Positions 1 to 10,387 of a stretch of DNA of 64,000 bases are shown here, piece after piece (the stretch's first letter is position 1; each line of letters starts with the position of its first letter). The notes under the pieces are model-generated. The model saw only the letters and a list, made by a program, of their open reading frames with translations, was not told the DNA's origin and ran no database searches. A program made the position numbers and the translations under genes. Origin of the DNA: an uncultured Eubacteriales bacterium (GTDB taxonomy: Bacteria; Bacillota_I; Bacilli_A; RF39; UBA660); NCBI GenBank assembly GCA_905211265.1, contig CAJMAC010000005.1, forward strand, positions 3,290 through 67,289, in the 5' to 3' direction.

Positions 1-1493
1 CCGCCAGAAATATTATTTGTTTCTTCGTTTAATACCATATTATAAGTATCTGGTTGAGTCATTATATAGTGATTAATATTAGCGGTAATTGCTGCTTGTT
101 TTACCTCTTCATCTGTTGCATCTATTTTTCCATAACGGATATTTTCCATTATTGTTCCACTAAATAACCAAGTATCTTGAAGTACCATTCCAAATATTCC
201 TTTTAAATCACTACGATTAATATTACTTAAATCTACTCCATCAAGTAAGATACTACCTTTTGTTGGTTGATAAAATTTCATAAGTAATTTTACCATAGTA
301 GTTTTACCTGCACCAGTTGGTCCTACTATTGCTATTTTTTGCCCTGCTTTTACTTTGGCATTAAAGTCATGAATGATAATATTGTCTTCATCATAACCAA
401 AACTTACATGTTTAAATTCTACATTACCCAAAACATTATCTAATTTAACTGGATTAGTTACTTTCGGTTCTTCTTTTTCTTCAAGAAAATCAAATATTCT
501 TTCTGCTGATGCTATTGTTGATTGTAATGTTGCAGATATTTGTGCCATTTCATTTATTGGTTCTGTAAAGTTTTTAGCATATTGAATAAACGATTGAACA
601 TTACCTATTGTAATTCTACCTTTTACAACATTATATGCTCCAAGTACTGCTATTCCTACATAACCTAAGTTACCTGTAAAATTCATTATTGGATGCATAA
701 GTCCAGATATAAAATTACTTTTCCATGCACAATTATATAATTTTTCGTTTTCTTTTTTAAAGTCATTTACCATATATTCTTCATTATTAAATGCCTTAAT
801 TATATTTTGACCTGAATACATTTCTTCAACTTTACCATTTACACTTGCTAGATATTCTTGATTATCTTTAAAGTAATGTTGACTCTTTTTAACTATAAAA
901 CTTACTAATACTAATGAAATTGGAATTAATATTAATGTTACTAATGTCATAGTTACATTAATTGTTAACATCATTATAAATATACCTAAAAGTGCCGTTA
1001 TAGAACTAATTAATTGTGTTGCAGATTGATTAATACCCATACTTAAATTATCTGAATCATTTGTTATTACTGATAATGTTTCTCCATATGATTTTTTATC
1101 AAAATAACTAAATGGCATATGATTAATTTTTTCTATTATTTCTTTTCTTAATTTATATGATGTTTTTTGAGCAATATTAGTCATTATAAATCCTTGAATA
1201 TATGAAAATATTGCACTTACTATATAAAGTATACCAAGTGTAAATAATATTTTAAATACATTATCAAAGTTTACACCAGTTCCTCCGCTTAGTTTACTTG
1301 ATATTCCTTTGAATATTTCTGTTGTAGCATTACCTAATATTTTAGGACCTACAATTGAAAATACTGTACTTAACATAGTTAATATTACTACAATTATTAA
1401 AGATATTTTATATTCTTTTAAATACTTAAAAGTTTTCTTTAGAGTTTTTTTGAAATTCTTTGGTTTTTCTATATTTTGTTTAACTGGAGGCAT
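1..1493 (-). CDS. ABC transporter ATP-binding/permease protein, partner of the upstream gene in a heterodimeric exporter. The 3' end is cut by the window edge.
   Basis: Minus-strand ORF starts at ATG 1493-1491, 1 nt after the stop of the upstream gene (translational coupling), and stays open to position 1. Hand translation shows N-terminal transmembrane helices then Walker A GPTGAGKTT. The six-frame track lacks it because no stop lies inside the window. Confidence 0.85.
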   Translation of the reverse strand, partial: MPPVKQNIEKPKNFKKTLKKTFKYLKEYKISLIIVVILTMLSTVFSIVGPKILGNATTEIFKGISSKLSGGTGVNFDNVFKILFTLGILYIVSAIFSYIQGFIMTNIAQKTSYKLRKEIIEKINHMPFSYFDKKSYGETLSVITNDSDNLSMGINQSATQLISSITALLGIFIMMLTINVTMTLVTLILIPISLVLVSFIVKKSQHYFKDNQEYLASVNGKVEEMYSGQNIIKAFNNEEYMVNDFKKENEKLYNCAWKSNFISGLMHPIMNFTGNLGYVGIAVLGAYNVVKGRITIGNVQSFIQYAKNFTEPINEMAQISATLQSTIASAERIFDFLEEKEEPKVTNPVKLDNVLGNVEFKHVSFGYDEDNIIIHDFNAKVKAGQKIAIVGPTGAGKTTMVKLLMKFYQPTKGSILLDGVDLSNINRSDLKGIFGMVLQDTWLFSGTIMENIRYGKIDATDEEVKQAAITANINHYIMTQPDTYNMVLNEETNNISG

Positions 1494-1494
1494 A

Positions 1495-3609
1495 CTATAA
1501 TTCCCCCTCTCCTAATTGTGATTTAGCAATTTCTTTGTATATTTCACAACTATTTAATAATTCTTTATGTGTTCCTATACCAACCATTTTTCCTTCATCT
1601 AAGACAATTATTTGGTTAGCGTTTAAGACAGTACTTACTCTTTGAGTAACAATTATTATTGTAGAACCCTTAGTATTTTCTCTTAAATTCTTCCTTACTT
1701 CTGAATCTGTTTTATAATCTAGAGCTGAAAAACTATCATCAAAAATATAAATTTCTGGATTTTTAGCAACTGCTCTTGCAATAGCAAGACGCTGTTTTTG
1801 TCCTCCACTTACATTCTTTCCCCCTTGACTAATCGGAGAATTATAGTTATCTTCTTTTTCAGTTATAAAGTCTTTGGCTTGTGCTATGATACTTGCTTTT
1901 TCTACTTTTTTAAAGTCCATATCATCTTCACCAAATTTAATATTTGATTCAATTGTACCAGAGAATAATACTCCTTTTTGAGGTACTAGTCCTATTTTAT
2001 CTCTTAAATCTTTTTGTTTAACATCTCTTATATCTATTCCATCTACTAAAATACTACCACTTGTTACATCATAAAATCTTGGTATTAAATTTATTAATGT
2101 TGATTTACCACTTCCCGTTGAACCAATAATAGCAGTTACTTCCCCTGGTTTAGCAGTAAAACTAATATTAGATAAAGTATCTTCTTCACCATCATAATAT
2201 CTAAATGATACATCTTTAAATTCAATATATCCTTTTTTATCTTTTGGAAAATGTTTTGGATGTTTTTTATCTAATATTGAACTATCTTTATTTAATATTT
2301 CTCCAATTCTTCCTAATGATACAATAGTTCTTGGTAAGAATACACTAAGTAATGCTACCATTAAGAATGAGAATATTACATGCATTGAATATTGAATTAA
2401 AGCAAGTAAATCTCCTACACCAATTAATCCATCATTAACTTTACCTGCACCTACCCAAATTATTAAAATACACATCATATTAAGTACTAATGTCATGGTA
2501 GGCATCATCATAGACATAGTTCTATTTACAAAAAGGTTTGTTTTAGTTAATTTAGTATTAGCTTCATCAAATCTATCATCTTCGTATTTTTCTGTATTAA
2601 ATGTTCTAATTACTGGAAGTCCTGTTAATATTTCTCTTGCTACTAGGTTTACTTTATCTATTAAACTTTGTAATATTTTTGTTTTAGGCAATACTGCAAG
2701 TAATAAAAATACTATTATAAATACTACTGCTCCTATACCTAAACCCAATACCCAAGACATATGTCCAGCCATATTATATACTTTTATGAATGCTCCTATT
2801 CCCATAATTGGAGCAAATACTACACTTCTAAAAATCATAGTAAGTACATTAGAAATATTTTGAATATCATTTGTACTTCTTGTTATAAGAGATGCTATAG
2901 AGAATTCTTTTAATTCTTGTTCTGAATACGACATAACTTTTGATACTACTTTATTTCTTAATTCTCTACCAAATTTAGCAGCTACTCTTGATGACAAATA
3001 ACTAATAATAACCGCAGTTATAACAATTAAAAGTACTACTCCTAACATTCTAAGTCCTGAAGATAATACATAATGTATTTGCATAGTATCTATATCTATT
3101 CCAACTTTAACATATTCTTCTTTAATATAATTTAATACTACTTGATTTAATAATGTTTCATCTATATTTAATTTATTATTACTATATTTAGATAAATCAT
3201 TTAAATTAATCATATTATTTTCTATTAAATAATTAATAGAAATTACTTTTTTCATAATAGTATTTAATTTAGTACTATCTACTTTATCTGTTATTAAATA
3301 AATATTTTCATTATTTAGTGCACTATATTCATTTATATAATTAACATTGCCTTTTTCTATTAAATTATAACTATCACCAACAATATCTTTTTCTTCATTA
3401 GTTAGATATTTAGTTAATTTATTATATTCACTTTCTCTAATTACATCTGGATAACTATTAGTTATACCATAGTTAACTATACCATTATTAACTATATCTG
3501 ATGTGTAAGTTGGAAGTGATAAATCAAGTAAAGCTTGTAATACTAAAAATGCCATTATAAAAACAATTGGTACTATTGATTTTTTTAATATTTTTAAAAC
3601 ATGTTTCAT
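1495..3609 (-). CDS. ABC transporter permease/ATP-binding protein, exporter type, with a roughly 170-aa extracytoplasmic loop after TM1
   Basis: 704 aa. Walker A GSTGSGKST, ABC signature VSGGQKQR, Walker B IYIFDDSFSALD, and an N-terminal multi-TM domain. Confidence 0.9.
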   Translation of the reverse strand: MKHVLKILKKSIVPIVFIMAFLVLQALLDLSLPTYTSDIVNNGIVNYGITNSYPDVIRESEYNKLTKYLTNEEKDIVGDSYNLIEKGNVNYINEYSALNNENIYLITDKVDSTKLNTIMKKVISINYLIENNMINLNDLSKYSNNKLNIDETLLNQVVLNYIKEEYVKVGIDIDTMQIHYVLSSGLRMLGVVLLIVITAVIISYLSSRVAAKFGRELRNKVVSKVMSYSEQELKEFSIASLITRSTNDIQNISNVLTMIFRSVVFAPIMGIGAFIKVYNMAGHMSWVLGLGIGAVVFIIVFLLLAVLPKTKILQSLIDKVNLVAREILTGLPVIRTFNTEKYEDDRFDEANTKLTKTNLFVNRTMSMMMPTMTLVLNMMCILIIWVGAGKVNDGLIGVGDLLALIQYSMHVIFSFLMVALLSVFLPRTIVSLGRIGEILNKDSSILDKKHPKHFPKDKKGYIEFKDVSFRYYDGEEDTLSNISFTAKPGEVTAIIGSTGSGKSTLINLIPRFYDVTSGSILVDGIDIRDVKQKDLRDKIGLVPQKGVLFSGTIESNIKFGEDDMDFKKVEKASIIAQAKDFITEKEDNYNSPISQGGKNVSGGQKQRLAIARAVAKNPEIYIFDDSFSALDYKTDSEVRKNLRENTKGSTIIIVTQRVSTVLNANQIIVLDEGKMVGIGTHKELLNSCEIYKEIAKSQLGEGEL

Positions 3610-3717
3610 AACCTTCCTCCATTCGTTGCTTATTAATTATATGAGAAATTATTTTTTTTGTCAATAAAATCACATAATTTAATATATTTAAAGATTACTA
3701 TCTACACGATAATAATC

Positions 3718-4425
3718 TTATACTAATTTATTATTATTTAATTGTATTTTATTGTAATACTCTGAACCTGTAACTTTTATAATATGTTTTTCTATTTTTT
3801 TAAAATTATCAATAACATATGTTTTTTCTATACGATGAATATCTGTACCTAAAAAATCAATATAATGTCTTTTTAACATATATTTTAATAATTTAATACT
3901 GTCTTTACCATAATAACCTAATATACTAGAATAATTACTTTGAAATAAAAATCCATCTTCACGTAATGTATCTACAATACTATAATCTTCTTTAAAAGCA
4001 TCATATCTTTCTGGATGAGCAATAACTACTTCATAGCCTTTACTTCTTATTTCATAGAGTATATCTTCTATATTTAATAATTTATTATGCATAGGAAACT
4101 CTACTAATACATATTTAGTTCCATTTAAACTTGTTATAATATTTTTTTCTAGTAATGTTGGAACATTTTTATCAATAAATATTTCATTACCTAAATATAT
4201 GTTTATATCTATATTTTCGCTAATTAATCTTTCTTTTAATTCATTATATATTTTTATATTAGCTTCATAATTAGAATTATATGTACTATCTAGAATAAAA
4301 TGAGGTGTTAATATTACATTATTAAAACCTACACTTTTTAATTTCTTTAATAGTTCAACTGATTCAGAAATAGTTCTACTTCCATCATCTATACCAAATA
4401 ATATATGTGAATGAACATCAGTCAT
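3718..4425 (-). CDS. cpsB: Capsular polysaccharide tyrosine-protein phosphatase, PHP family (CpsB/YwqE-like)
   Basis: 235 aa. N-terminal DVHSHILFGIDDG metal-binding motif typical of PHP-type CpsB. Sits directly downstream of a BY-kinase gene. Confidence 0.8.
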   Translation of the reverse strand: MTDVHSHILFGIDDGSRTISESVELLKKLKSVGFNNVILTPHFILDSTYNSNYEANIKIYNELKERLISENIDINIYLGNEIFIDKNVPTLLEKNIITSLNGTKYVLVEFPMHNKLLNIEDILYEIRSKGYEVVIAHPERYDAFKEDYSIVDTLREDGFLFQSNYSSILGYYGKDSIKLLKYMLKRHYIDFLGTDIHRIEKTYVIDNFKKIEKHIIKVTGSEYYNKIQLNNNKLV

Positions 4426-4434
4426 AAAGTCCTC

Positions 4435-5103
4435 CTATTCATAATAACTTGAGTATTTTCCTCTTTTTGTTTGAGGTGTTCTATTTACAACTACTCCTGC
4501 TATATTAGCATCTACTTTTTCTAATGCTTTTTTTGCCTCATTTAATTCATCTATATTAGTGTGATTACATGAACATACTAATATTACTCTATCTACATGT
4601 GAAGCCATTATTAATGAATCTGATAACCCATTAACAGGTACTCCATCAATAATAATTCTATCAAAGTTTTTTCTTAATACTTTAAGTATTGATTCATAAT
4701 TTGATGAATTAAGTAATTCACTTGGATTTGGAGGTACACTACCTCTTGTTATGACATATAAGTTTTGTATTTTAGTTTTTTTAATATATTGAGAAAAATC
4801 TATTTCGTCATCACATATTAATAAATTAGAAAAACCTTTTTCATTAGAAAGATTAAATATTTTATTTATTCTACCTAATCTTAAATCTCCATCAATGATT
4901 AAAACTGATTCTCCAGTTTGAGCAAAAGCTGCTGCTAGATTACTACTTATAAAACTTTTTCCATCTCCTTGCATTGAGCTTGTTACAAGTAATACTTGTG
5001 AAGCATTATCTGAAGAAGTAAACTGAAGGTTAGTTCTTATAGTTCTTATATCTTCACTTACATTTGATTTGGGTCTACTATCTATAATTAGTTCATCTTT
5101 CAT
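4435..5103 (-). CDS. cpsD: Tyrosine-protein kinase of the BY-kinase family (CpsD/Wze/YwqD-like cytoplasmic ATPase)
   Basis: 222 aa. Walker A-like GDGKS and Walker B-like VLIIDGDLR. The stop overlaps the start of the cpsC-like gene. Confidence 0.85.
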   Translation of the reverse strand: MKDELIIDSRPKSNVSEDIRTIRTNLQFTSSDNASQVLLVTSSMQGDGKSFISSNLAAAFAQTGESVLIIDGDLRLGRINKIFNLSNEKGFSNLLICDDEIDFSQYIKKTKIQNLYVITRGSVPPNPSELLNSSNYESILKVLRKNFDRIIIDGVPVNGLSDSLIMASHVDRVILVCSCNHTNIDELNEAKKALEKVDANIAGVVVNRTPQTKRGKYSSYYE

Positions 5104-5768
5104 TTCTTTTTACCTCTTCCTATCTCTTGTACACTTCCTAAAATTGGAAGTTTAATTTTTTGTTCTACTTGTTCAGCAGATTTAACACTACGATCAAAGT
5201 AGTAAATAACAAATAATATACCAAATGCTAAAATAAATCCTATCATCATATATATAACTAATTGTTTTGGAATATTTATATTATATGGCTTTTCATTTAA
5301 TATTGCTTCATCTAAAACATTAACATTATTCATTTTATATTGTTTAGATACTTCTTTAATAAAGTAAGATGCTGTAACATTAGCAATATTTTTTGCTACT
5401 ACTGGATTTTCATCACTGGCGGTTATTTTTATTATTTCAGTATTATTAATCGCAGTAACAGATAATTGTTTTACTAACTGATCATAAGTTTTATCTAATG
5501 ATAATTCTTCGATTACTTGGTCTAATACTTTTCTTGATTTAACTATTTCAGCATAAGTATCTACTAAGTTTTTATTTAAATTTAATTCAGTTTGAGTAAT
5601 TGTATTTTCTCCACTTAATATTACTTTTGTATATGAATTATACATTGGTTTTTGTATAAAGAATGCATAAAGGCATCCTAATAAACATACTCCAATAAAT
5701 ATTACAAAAAATACAAATATTTTATTTTTAAAAAAACTAAATAATTCTCTTAAATCTATTTCTTCCAC
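5100..5768 (-). CDS. cpsC: Polysaccharide chain-length determinant / BY-kinase transmembrane modulator (CpsC/Wzz-like)
   Basis: 222 aa with an N-terminal TM helix, a periplasmic-type domain and a C-terminal TM helix. 4-nt overlap with cpsD-like gene. Confidence 0.75.
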   Translation of the reverse strand: MEEIDLRELFSFFKNKIFVFFVIFIGVCLLGCLYAFFIQKPMYNSYTKVILSGENTITQTELNLNKNLVDTYAEIVKSRKVLDQVIEELSLDKTYDQLVKQLSVTAINNTEIIKITASDENPVVAKNIANVTASYFIKEVSKQYKMNNVNVLDEAILNEKPYNINIPKQLVIYMMIGFILAFGILFVIYYFDRSVKSAEQVEQKIKLPILGSVQEIGRGKKK

Positions 5769-5837
5769 AAAATCTACCTACCTATCTTATTATTAGTATA
5801 TCATAAAATTTAATTATTTTATATACTTTTTTATAAA

Positions 5838-7271
5838 TTACTCTATTACTTCATTATTTAATACTTTATTCATTAATTCTTTTGCATTATTTATAGTTTC
5901 AGGATATGGTATCATTATCCATAAATCTTGATTAGGATATGAATATGTTGGTCCCATTGAACCATAGCCATCTACTTGAGTTGAAACAATTTTATAATCT
6001 TTTAAATCATTTAATTCATATTTTATAAAACTTGTTACTTCTTCCATATCCATATTTGTTGCAAACTTTCCATCAAGCGAATCTATTATATCAGTATATG
6101 AAGTTAAAATTGTTGTACCACTACTAAGTTTATTAAATATAGCTTTAATTACTTCTTGTTGATTTCTTCCACGATGTCTATCTCCATCAATATAAGAGTG
6201 TCTTTCTCTTGAAAAAGCTAGGGCACATTTTCCATTTAATTTATTCATACCTACTTTTATTTCAGGGCAATTACCTAATTTAACATATTGATCAGCATAT
6301 ACTTCAATGCCACCTATTTTATCTACTAAATCTACTACTGTAGAGAAATTAACTTTTACATAATAATTTATATCTATATCAAATATGTCTTCAATAGTTT
6401 GAACTTGCATATTTATTCCATAATAGCTAGCATGAGTTAACTTATCATTATATCCTTCAGTACCATGTAATTTAACATAATAATCTCTTGGAATTGAAGT
6501 TAATAATATTTGATTAGTATTTGGATTAATCGTTGCAACTATATTAACATCATTTCTTGAAGTTTTATTAATATCTCCATAAGTATCTATACCACTAATT
6601 AACAAATTATATGGAGTGTTTTTTATAGATACTCTTTTAGTTATATCCTCTATTTCATTTTTTATAGATATTGTTTTTAATACTCTTATTTTCTCATTAA
6701 ATGTACTATCTTCTTCCTCATATTTATTTTTAATAATATCACTTATTAATATTGATTCTACTTTATGATTAAATAAGTTATCTTTAAGAGAATTTATATC
6801 ACTTGTACTACTATAAGTAAGAGATAACTTAATACTATCTAATACTTCTTTATCAGTTTTATCATAATATTCTAATGTTTTTTCATATAAGTCTGATGGT
6901 TCTTGATATACTGAATCATTTAATACTATAATATAATAATCTGTTACTTCTTCTTTTATAACATTAAAATTATCAAATAAATTCATAGTTTTATTTAAAT
7001 AAAATATTCCAAAAGAAAATGAAATTAATAAAAGTATTGTTATAACATATGAAATAATATGCATAACTTTTAAAAACTTATTTTTAAAATTAAACATTAA
7101 TAATAAATTTAATATAATATTAGAACTAATTAAAAATACAATTATTAATATATAATAATTATCTGGAATAACATTAAAAGTATTAATTAATACTATTAAA
7201 CTAATTGTCATAATTATTAGTAATATACCTAGTATAATACCAAATAAACTTATTTTTTTTCTTTTTTTCAT
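5838..7271 (-). CDS. cpsA: LytR-CpsA-Psr (LCP) family protein with an extended N-terminal multi-TM region
   Basis: 477 aa. LCP core motifs visible (LISGIDTYGD, RNDVNIVATINP, TSIPRDYYV). First gene of the cpsABCD-like unit. Confidence 0.8.
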   Translation of the reverse strand: MKKRKKISLFGIILGILLIIMTISLIVLINTFNVIPDNYYILIIVFLISSNIILNLLLMFNFKNKFLKVMHIISYVITILLLISFSFGIFYLNKTMNLFDNFNVIKEEVTDYYIIVLNDSVYQEPSDLYEKTLEYYDKTDKEVLDSIKLSLTYSSTSDINSLKDNLFNHKVESILISDIIKNKYEEEDSTFNEKIRVLKTISIKNEIEDITKRVSIKNTPYNLLISGIDTYGDINKTSRNDVNIVATINPNTNQILLTSIPRDYYVKLHGTEGYNDKLTHASYYGINMQVQTIEDIFDIDINYYVKVNFSTVVDLVDKIGGIEVYADQYVKLGNCPEIKVGMNKLNGKCALAFSRERHSYIDGDRHRGRNQQEVIKAIFNKLSSGTTILTSYTDIIDSLDGKFATNMDMEEVTSFIKYELNDLKDYKIVSTQVDGYGSMGPTYSYPNQDLWIMIPYPETINNAKELMNKVLNNEVIE

Positions 7272-7495
7272 TGCATCACCCTAAATATGTTTCTATATAA
7301 TTATAACACATATTTTGACAATTTTATATCTTTTTTAAAGAAAAAACTTATACTTTACTTTTTATTAATAATTATAAATATTCCAAGAGAAATATAAAAG
7401 AATGTTATTAATAATAAAAGTATAAGTCCTATATATATAAATACTTTATAGTATCACCCCTCTAATAAATTATATAACAATAAATAAACATAATA

Positions 7496-7528
7496 TGTCA
7501 AAAAAAGTGTAAGATTAATTCTTACACT
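7496..7528 (-). terminator. Rho-independent terminator closing the ugd-vanZ unit, with its loop over the vanZ stop codon
   Basis: Perfect inverted repeat AGTGTAAGA-TTAA-TCTTACACT followed by a T-run on the minus strand (A-run 7496-7505 on plus). Confidence 0.7.
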
Positions 7529-7928
7529 TCTTAGTTATTAATTTATATAAATATATTCCCATAATAGACCCTAATGAATCTATCATAATATCTATTATTT
7601 GACAACTCCTACCAGGAACAAATATTTGATGTATTTCATCACTAGTAGCATATATTATACATAAAAGTATTGCTATAATTATTTTTTTATCATATCTTGT
7701 AATAAAGTTTATTACTAATATTCCTAATATAAAATACTCTATAAAATGTGCTAATTTTCTAATTATTAAACTTAATAACCCTATATCTTTAATATTTATT
7801 ATACTAGTAATTATATCTACTATAAAATTAGATTGATTAGAAGAACTAGTAGCATCAAATGAAGACATTACAAATATAAATATCATCCATAATATTACTA
7901 AAATAATAGAAATTTTATTTTTTATCAA
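7515..7928 (-). CDS. VanZ-like family membrane protein
   Basis: 137 aa. Conserved VanZ pattern RKxAHFIEYFILG ... DEIHQIFVPGRS ... DxxxDxLG. Overlaps the ugd 3' end by 14 nt. Confidence 0.7.
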   Translation of the reverse strand: MIKNKISIILVILWMIFIFVMSSFDATSSSNQSNFIVDIITSIINIKDIGLLSLIIRKLAHFIEYFILGILVINFITRYDKKIIIAILLCIIYATSDEIHQIFVPGRSCQIIDIMIDSLGSIMGIYLYKLITKKCKN

Positions 7929-9267
7929 AATTTATCCTTTTTCTACCTATTGAAAGATATTTAACTTTTGTTTTTTCTACATCTTTCAAATTATAACAAT
8001 TTCTGCCATCTAATACTAATGGATTTTTCATTAACTCTTCATACTTATTTAAATCATATTCTTTTATTTGTGGCCACTCCGTCATAATTAATACAGCATC
8101 ACAATCTTTAATTGTATCATCTATATCTGTATAATAGTTAATTTTTTCGACAACTTTATCTTCATCAACAAATAATTTAATTTTTTCTTTAAATTTTTCA
8201 GTACTTATTGGGTCATATGCTTTCACATTTGCTCCTGAATCTAATAATAATTCAACATTATCAATTGAAGCAGCTTCTCTTAAATCATCAGTACCAGGTT
8301 TAAATGTAAGTCCTAATACTCCAATATTTTTGTTTTCTAAATCAATTAGTAACTCTTTTAAGTATTCATATAATATTATTTTTTGTCTTTTATTTACTTC
8401 AATACATGCCGATACAGTCTTTAATTCGCGTTCTAATTCTTTGCTTAACCAATGTAATGCTTTTGTATCTTTTGGAAAACAAGAACCACCATAACCAATA
8501 CCAGCATTTAGAAATTTATTTCCTATTCTACTATCATAACCCATACCCTTTGTTACATCTTCAATATTTGCTCCAACCTTTTCGCAAAAGTTTGCTATTT
8601 CATTAATATATGATATTTTTAGTGCTAAGAAATCATTTGAAGCATACTTAACCATTTCTGCTGAGCATCTATTCATAGATAGATATGGTACTTTATATGG
8701 CTTTTTCGTAAGTGGCGAATATAGTTTTCTCATTATTCTTTCAGGTACTCTATGATTTGTACCTACAACTATGCGAGAAGCATGTAATGTATCTCTTACT
8801 GCTGTTCCTTGAGCAAGAAATTCTGGATTTGATGCAACATATATTTTAATTCCAGGTTTAACATTCTTTCTCAAATATTCTTCGACTTTATCATTAGTAC
8901 CTATTGGTACAGTAGATTTAACTACTACTACACAATCTTTATTAACGCTTTCTGCTATTTGTTCACAAACTTTATAAACATAATCTAAATTAGCAGAACC
9001 ATCTGCTCTTTCAGGAGTACCTACTCCAATAAATATTACATCTTTATCCTTATATGCCTCTTTATAATTTGTAGTATAAGTTAATCTTTCTTTGTCTTCT
9101 TTCATTAATTCTTCCAAGCCTTCTTCATAGATTGGACTTATACCTTGACTCATTTTTTTAACTTTTTCTTCATCAACATCAACACAAGTTACATCATGAC
9201 CAATATGTGCTAATGCTACACCAGTTACTAATCCTACATAACCAGTTCCTGCAACTGCAATTTTCAT
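7915..9267 (-). CDS. ugd: UDP-glucose 6-dehydrogenase (UDP-glucose/GDP-mannose dehydrogenase family)
   Basis: 450 aa. N-terminal Rossmann motif MKIAVAGTGYVGL and catalytic Cys motif GGSCFPKD. Strong GGAGG ribosome-binding site upstream. Confidence 0.85.
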   Translation of the reverse strand: MKIAVAGTGYVGLVTGVALAHIGHDVTCVDVDEEKVKKMSQGISPIYEEGLEELMKEDKERLTYTTNYKEAYKDKDVIFIGVGTPERADGSANLDYVYKVCEQIAESVNKDCVVVVKSTVPIGTNDKVEEYLRKNVKPGIKIYVASNPEFLAQGTAVRDTLHASRIVVGTNHRVPERIMRKLYSPLTKKPYKVPYLSMNRCSAEMVKYASNDFLALKISYINEIANFCEKVGANIEDVTKGMGYDSRIGNKFLNAGIGYGGSCFPKDTKALHWLSKELERELKTVSACIEVNKRQKIILYEYLKELLIDLENKNIGVLGLTFKPGTDDLREAASIDNVELLLDSGANVKAYDPISTEKFKEKIKLFVDEDKVVEKINYYTDIDDTIKDCDAVLIMTEWPQIKEYDLNKYEELMKNPLVLDGRNCYNLKDVEKTKVKYLSIGRKRINFDKK

Positions 9268-9308
9268 TTTATTTCCTCCTACTTTTATTTACAAATTAAA
9301 TATATCAT

Positions 9309-9408
9309 ACTTTTTGCAAAAAGTATATGCTTTTTACAATAATTATACATTTTTATTATTATTTTTTTGCAAAAATAAAGCATTTTTAATTAATTATGCA
9401 AAAAAAGC
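9309..9408. promoter_or_regulatory. Promoter region of ugd with three copies of a TTTTTGCAAAAA-type palindrome (candidate operator)
   Basis: ACTTTTTGCAAAAAGT perfect 16-bp palindrome at 9309-9324. Related copies TTTTTTGCAAAAA at 9363-9375 and ATGCAAAAAAAGC at 9396-9408. Confidence 0.4.
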
Positions 9409-9424
9409 AAGTATTTTTACTTGC
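9404..9424 (-). terminator. Rho-independent terminator after the epimerase gene
   Basis: Hairpin GCAAGTA-TTTTT-ACTTGC followed on the minus strand by a T-run. Confidence 0.65.
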
Positions 9425-10387
9425 TTAATTTCTTTTTTTATACCATTCAGCAAAATTTTCTATGCCTTTTTTAAATGTTGTTTTAGGGTTATATCCTAAT
9501 AATTTTTGTGCTTTTGAAATATCAGCATAAGTTCTATCTACATCACCAGGTTGCATAGGTAATTGTTTGATATTTGGTGTTTTATTTAAAACTTCTCCAA
9601 TTATATTAATCATTTCTTTTAAAGATATTGGACTTGAATTACCTAAATTAATTATTTCGTAAACATCTTTATTTTCTTCTACATATTTTATGCTTCTTTC
9701 AATTCCATCAACTATATCACCAATATAAGTATAATCTCTTGAAGTATTTCCATCTCCATACATAGGAATTTCTTCATCATTAAGCATTAATCTTGTAAAT
9801 TTATTTATTGCTAAATCTGGTCTTTGTCTTGGACCGAAAACCGTAAAAAATCTTAACATAATTACATTTATATCATTTAGTTTATGATAAACATGTGTCA
9901 TTACTTCATTGGCTTTTTTAGTAGCAGCATATGGACTAATAGCATAATCTACCACAAAAGTTTCTTTAAATGGTACTTCTTTACAATTTCCATATACACT
10001 TGAAGATGATGCCATAACTAATTTATTTACATTATTTTTTTTCATACACTCTAAAATATTTTGTGTTCCTAAGCAATTAACTTCTTGATATAATATTGGA
10101 TTTTCAATTGAAGGTCTTACACCTGCCATTGCAGCTAAATGAATTACACAATCTATTTTATTTTCAATAAATACCTTATCTAAATTATCCTTATCCCTTA
10201 TATCAATTCTATATAATTTGTAATTAGGGTTATTCAAATTATCTTTAACATTTTCTTCCTTTAACTCAGGATTATAATAATCACAAAAATTATCTACTAC
10301 TACAATCTTATTATTCTCTTTTAATAAACTATCTGCAAGACTTGAACCAATAAATCCTGCTCCTCCTGTTATTAAATATGTTTTCAT
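9425..10387 (-). CDS. NAD-dependent epimerase/dehydratase, UDP-glucuronate 4-epimerase-like
   Basis: GxxGxxG motif MKTYLITGGAGFIGS and SDR-type YxxxK (YAATKKANE). Likely true start is MKTYL at 10387 with a GGAGG ribosome-binding site; the track ORF extends to 10420. Lies next to ugd, consistent with UDP-GlcA to UDP-GalA conversion. Confidence 0.8.
   Translation of the reverse strand: MKTYLITGGAGFIGSSLADSLLKENNKIVVVDNFCDYYNPELKEENVKDNLNNPNYKLYRIDIRDKDNLDKVFIENKIDCVIHLAAMAGVRPSIENPILYQEVNCLGTQNILECMKKNNVNKLVMASSSSVYGNCKEVPFKETFVVDYAISPYAATKKANEVMTHVYHKLNDINVIMLRFFTVFGPRQRPDLAINKFTRLMLNDEEIPMYGDGNTSRDYTYIGDIVDGIERSIKYVEENKDVYEIINLGNSSPISLKEMINIIGEVLNKTPNIKQLPMQPGDVDRTYADISKAQKLLGYNPKTTFKKGIENFAEWYKKRN

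Noticed and set aside
1309-1500. Plus-strand 63-aa ORF at the ABC gene junction
   Set aside because: It overlaps the antisense strand of the partial ABC transporter CDS, which has clear Walker motifs. No independent support.
2495-2863. Plus-strand 122-aa ORF inside the ABC transporter gene
   Set aside because: It is entirely antisense to a well-supported ABC transporter CDS. Its composition is typical of shadow ORFs in AT-rich DNA, and it has no ribosome-binding site.
8406-8606. Small plus-strand ORFs inside ugd, the ATP-grasp/GT4 gene, the topoisomerase gene, the PAP2 gene and the polymerase gene (8406-8606, 17519-17806, 39473-39787, 47233-47502, 43982-44188, 35763-36011, 22898-23107, 58179-58400)
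   Set aside because: All are antisense to confidently assigned genes, short, low-complexity and lack ribosome-binding sites.
9314-9499. Plus-strand 61-aa ORF in the ugd/epimerase intergenic region
   Set aside because: It spans the terminator and promoter elements and the 3' end of the epimerase gene. Hydrophobic low-complexity translation with no ribosome-binding site.
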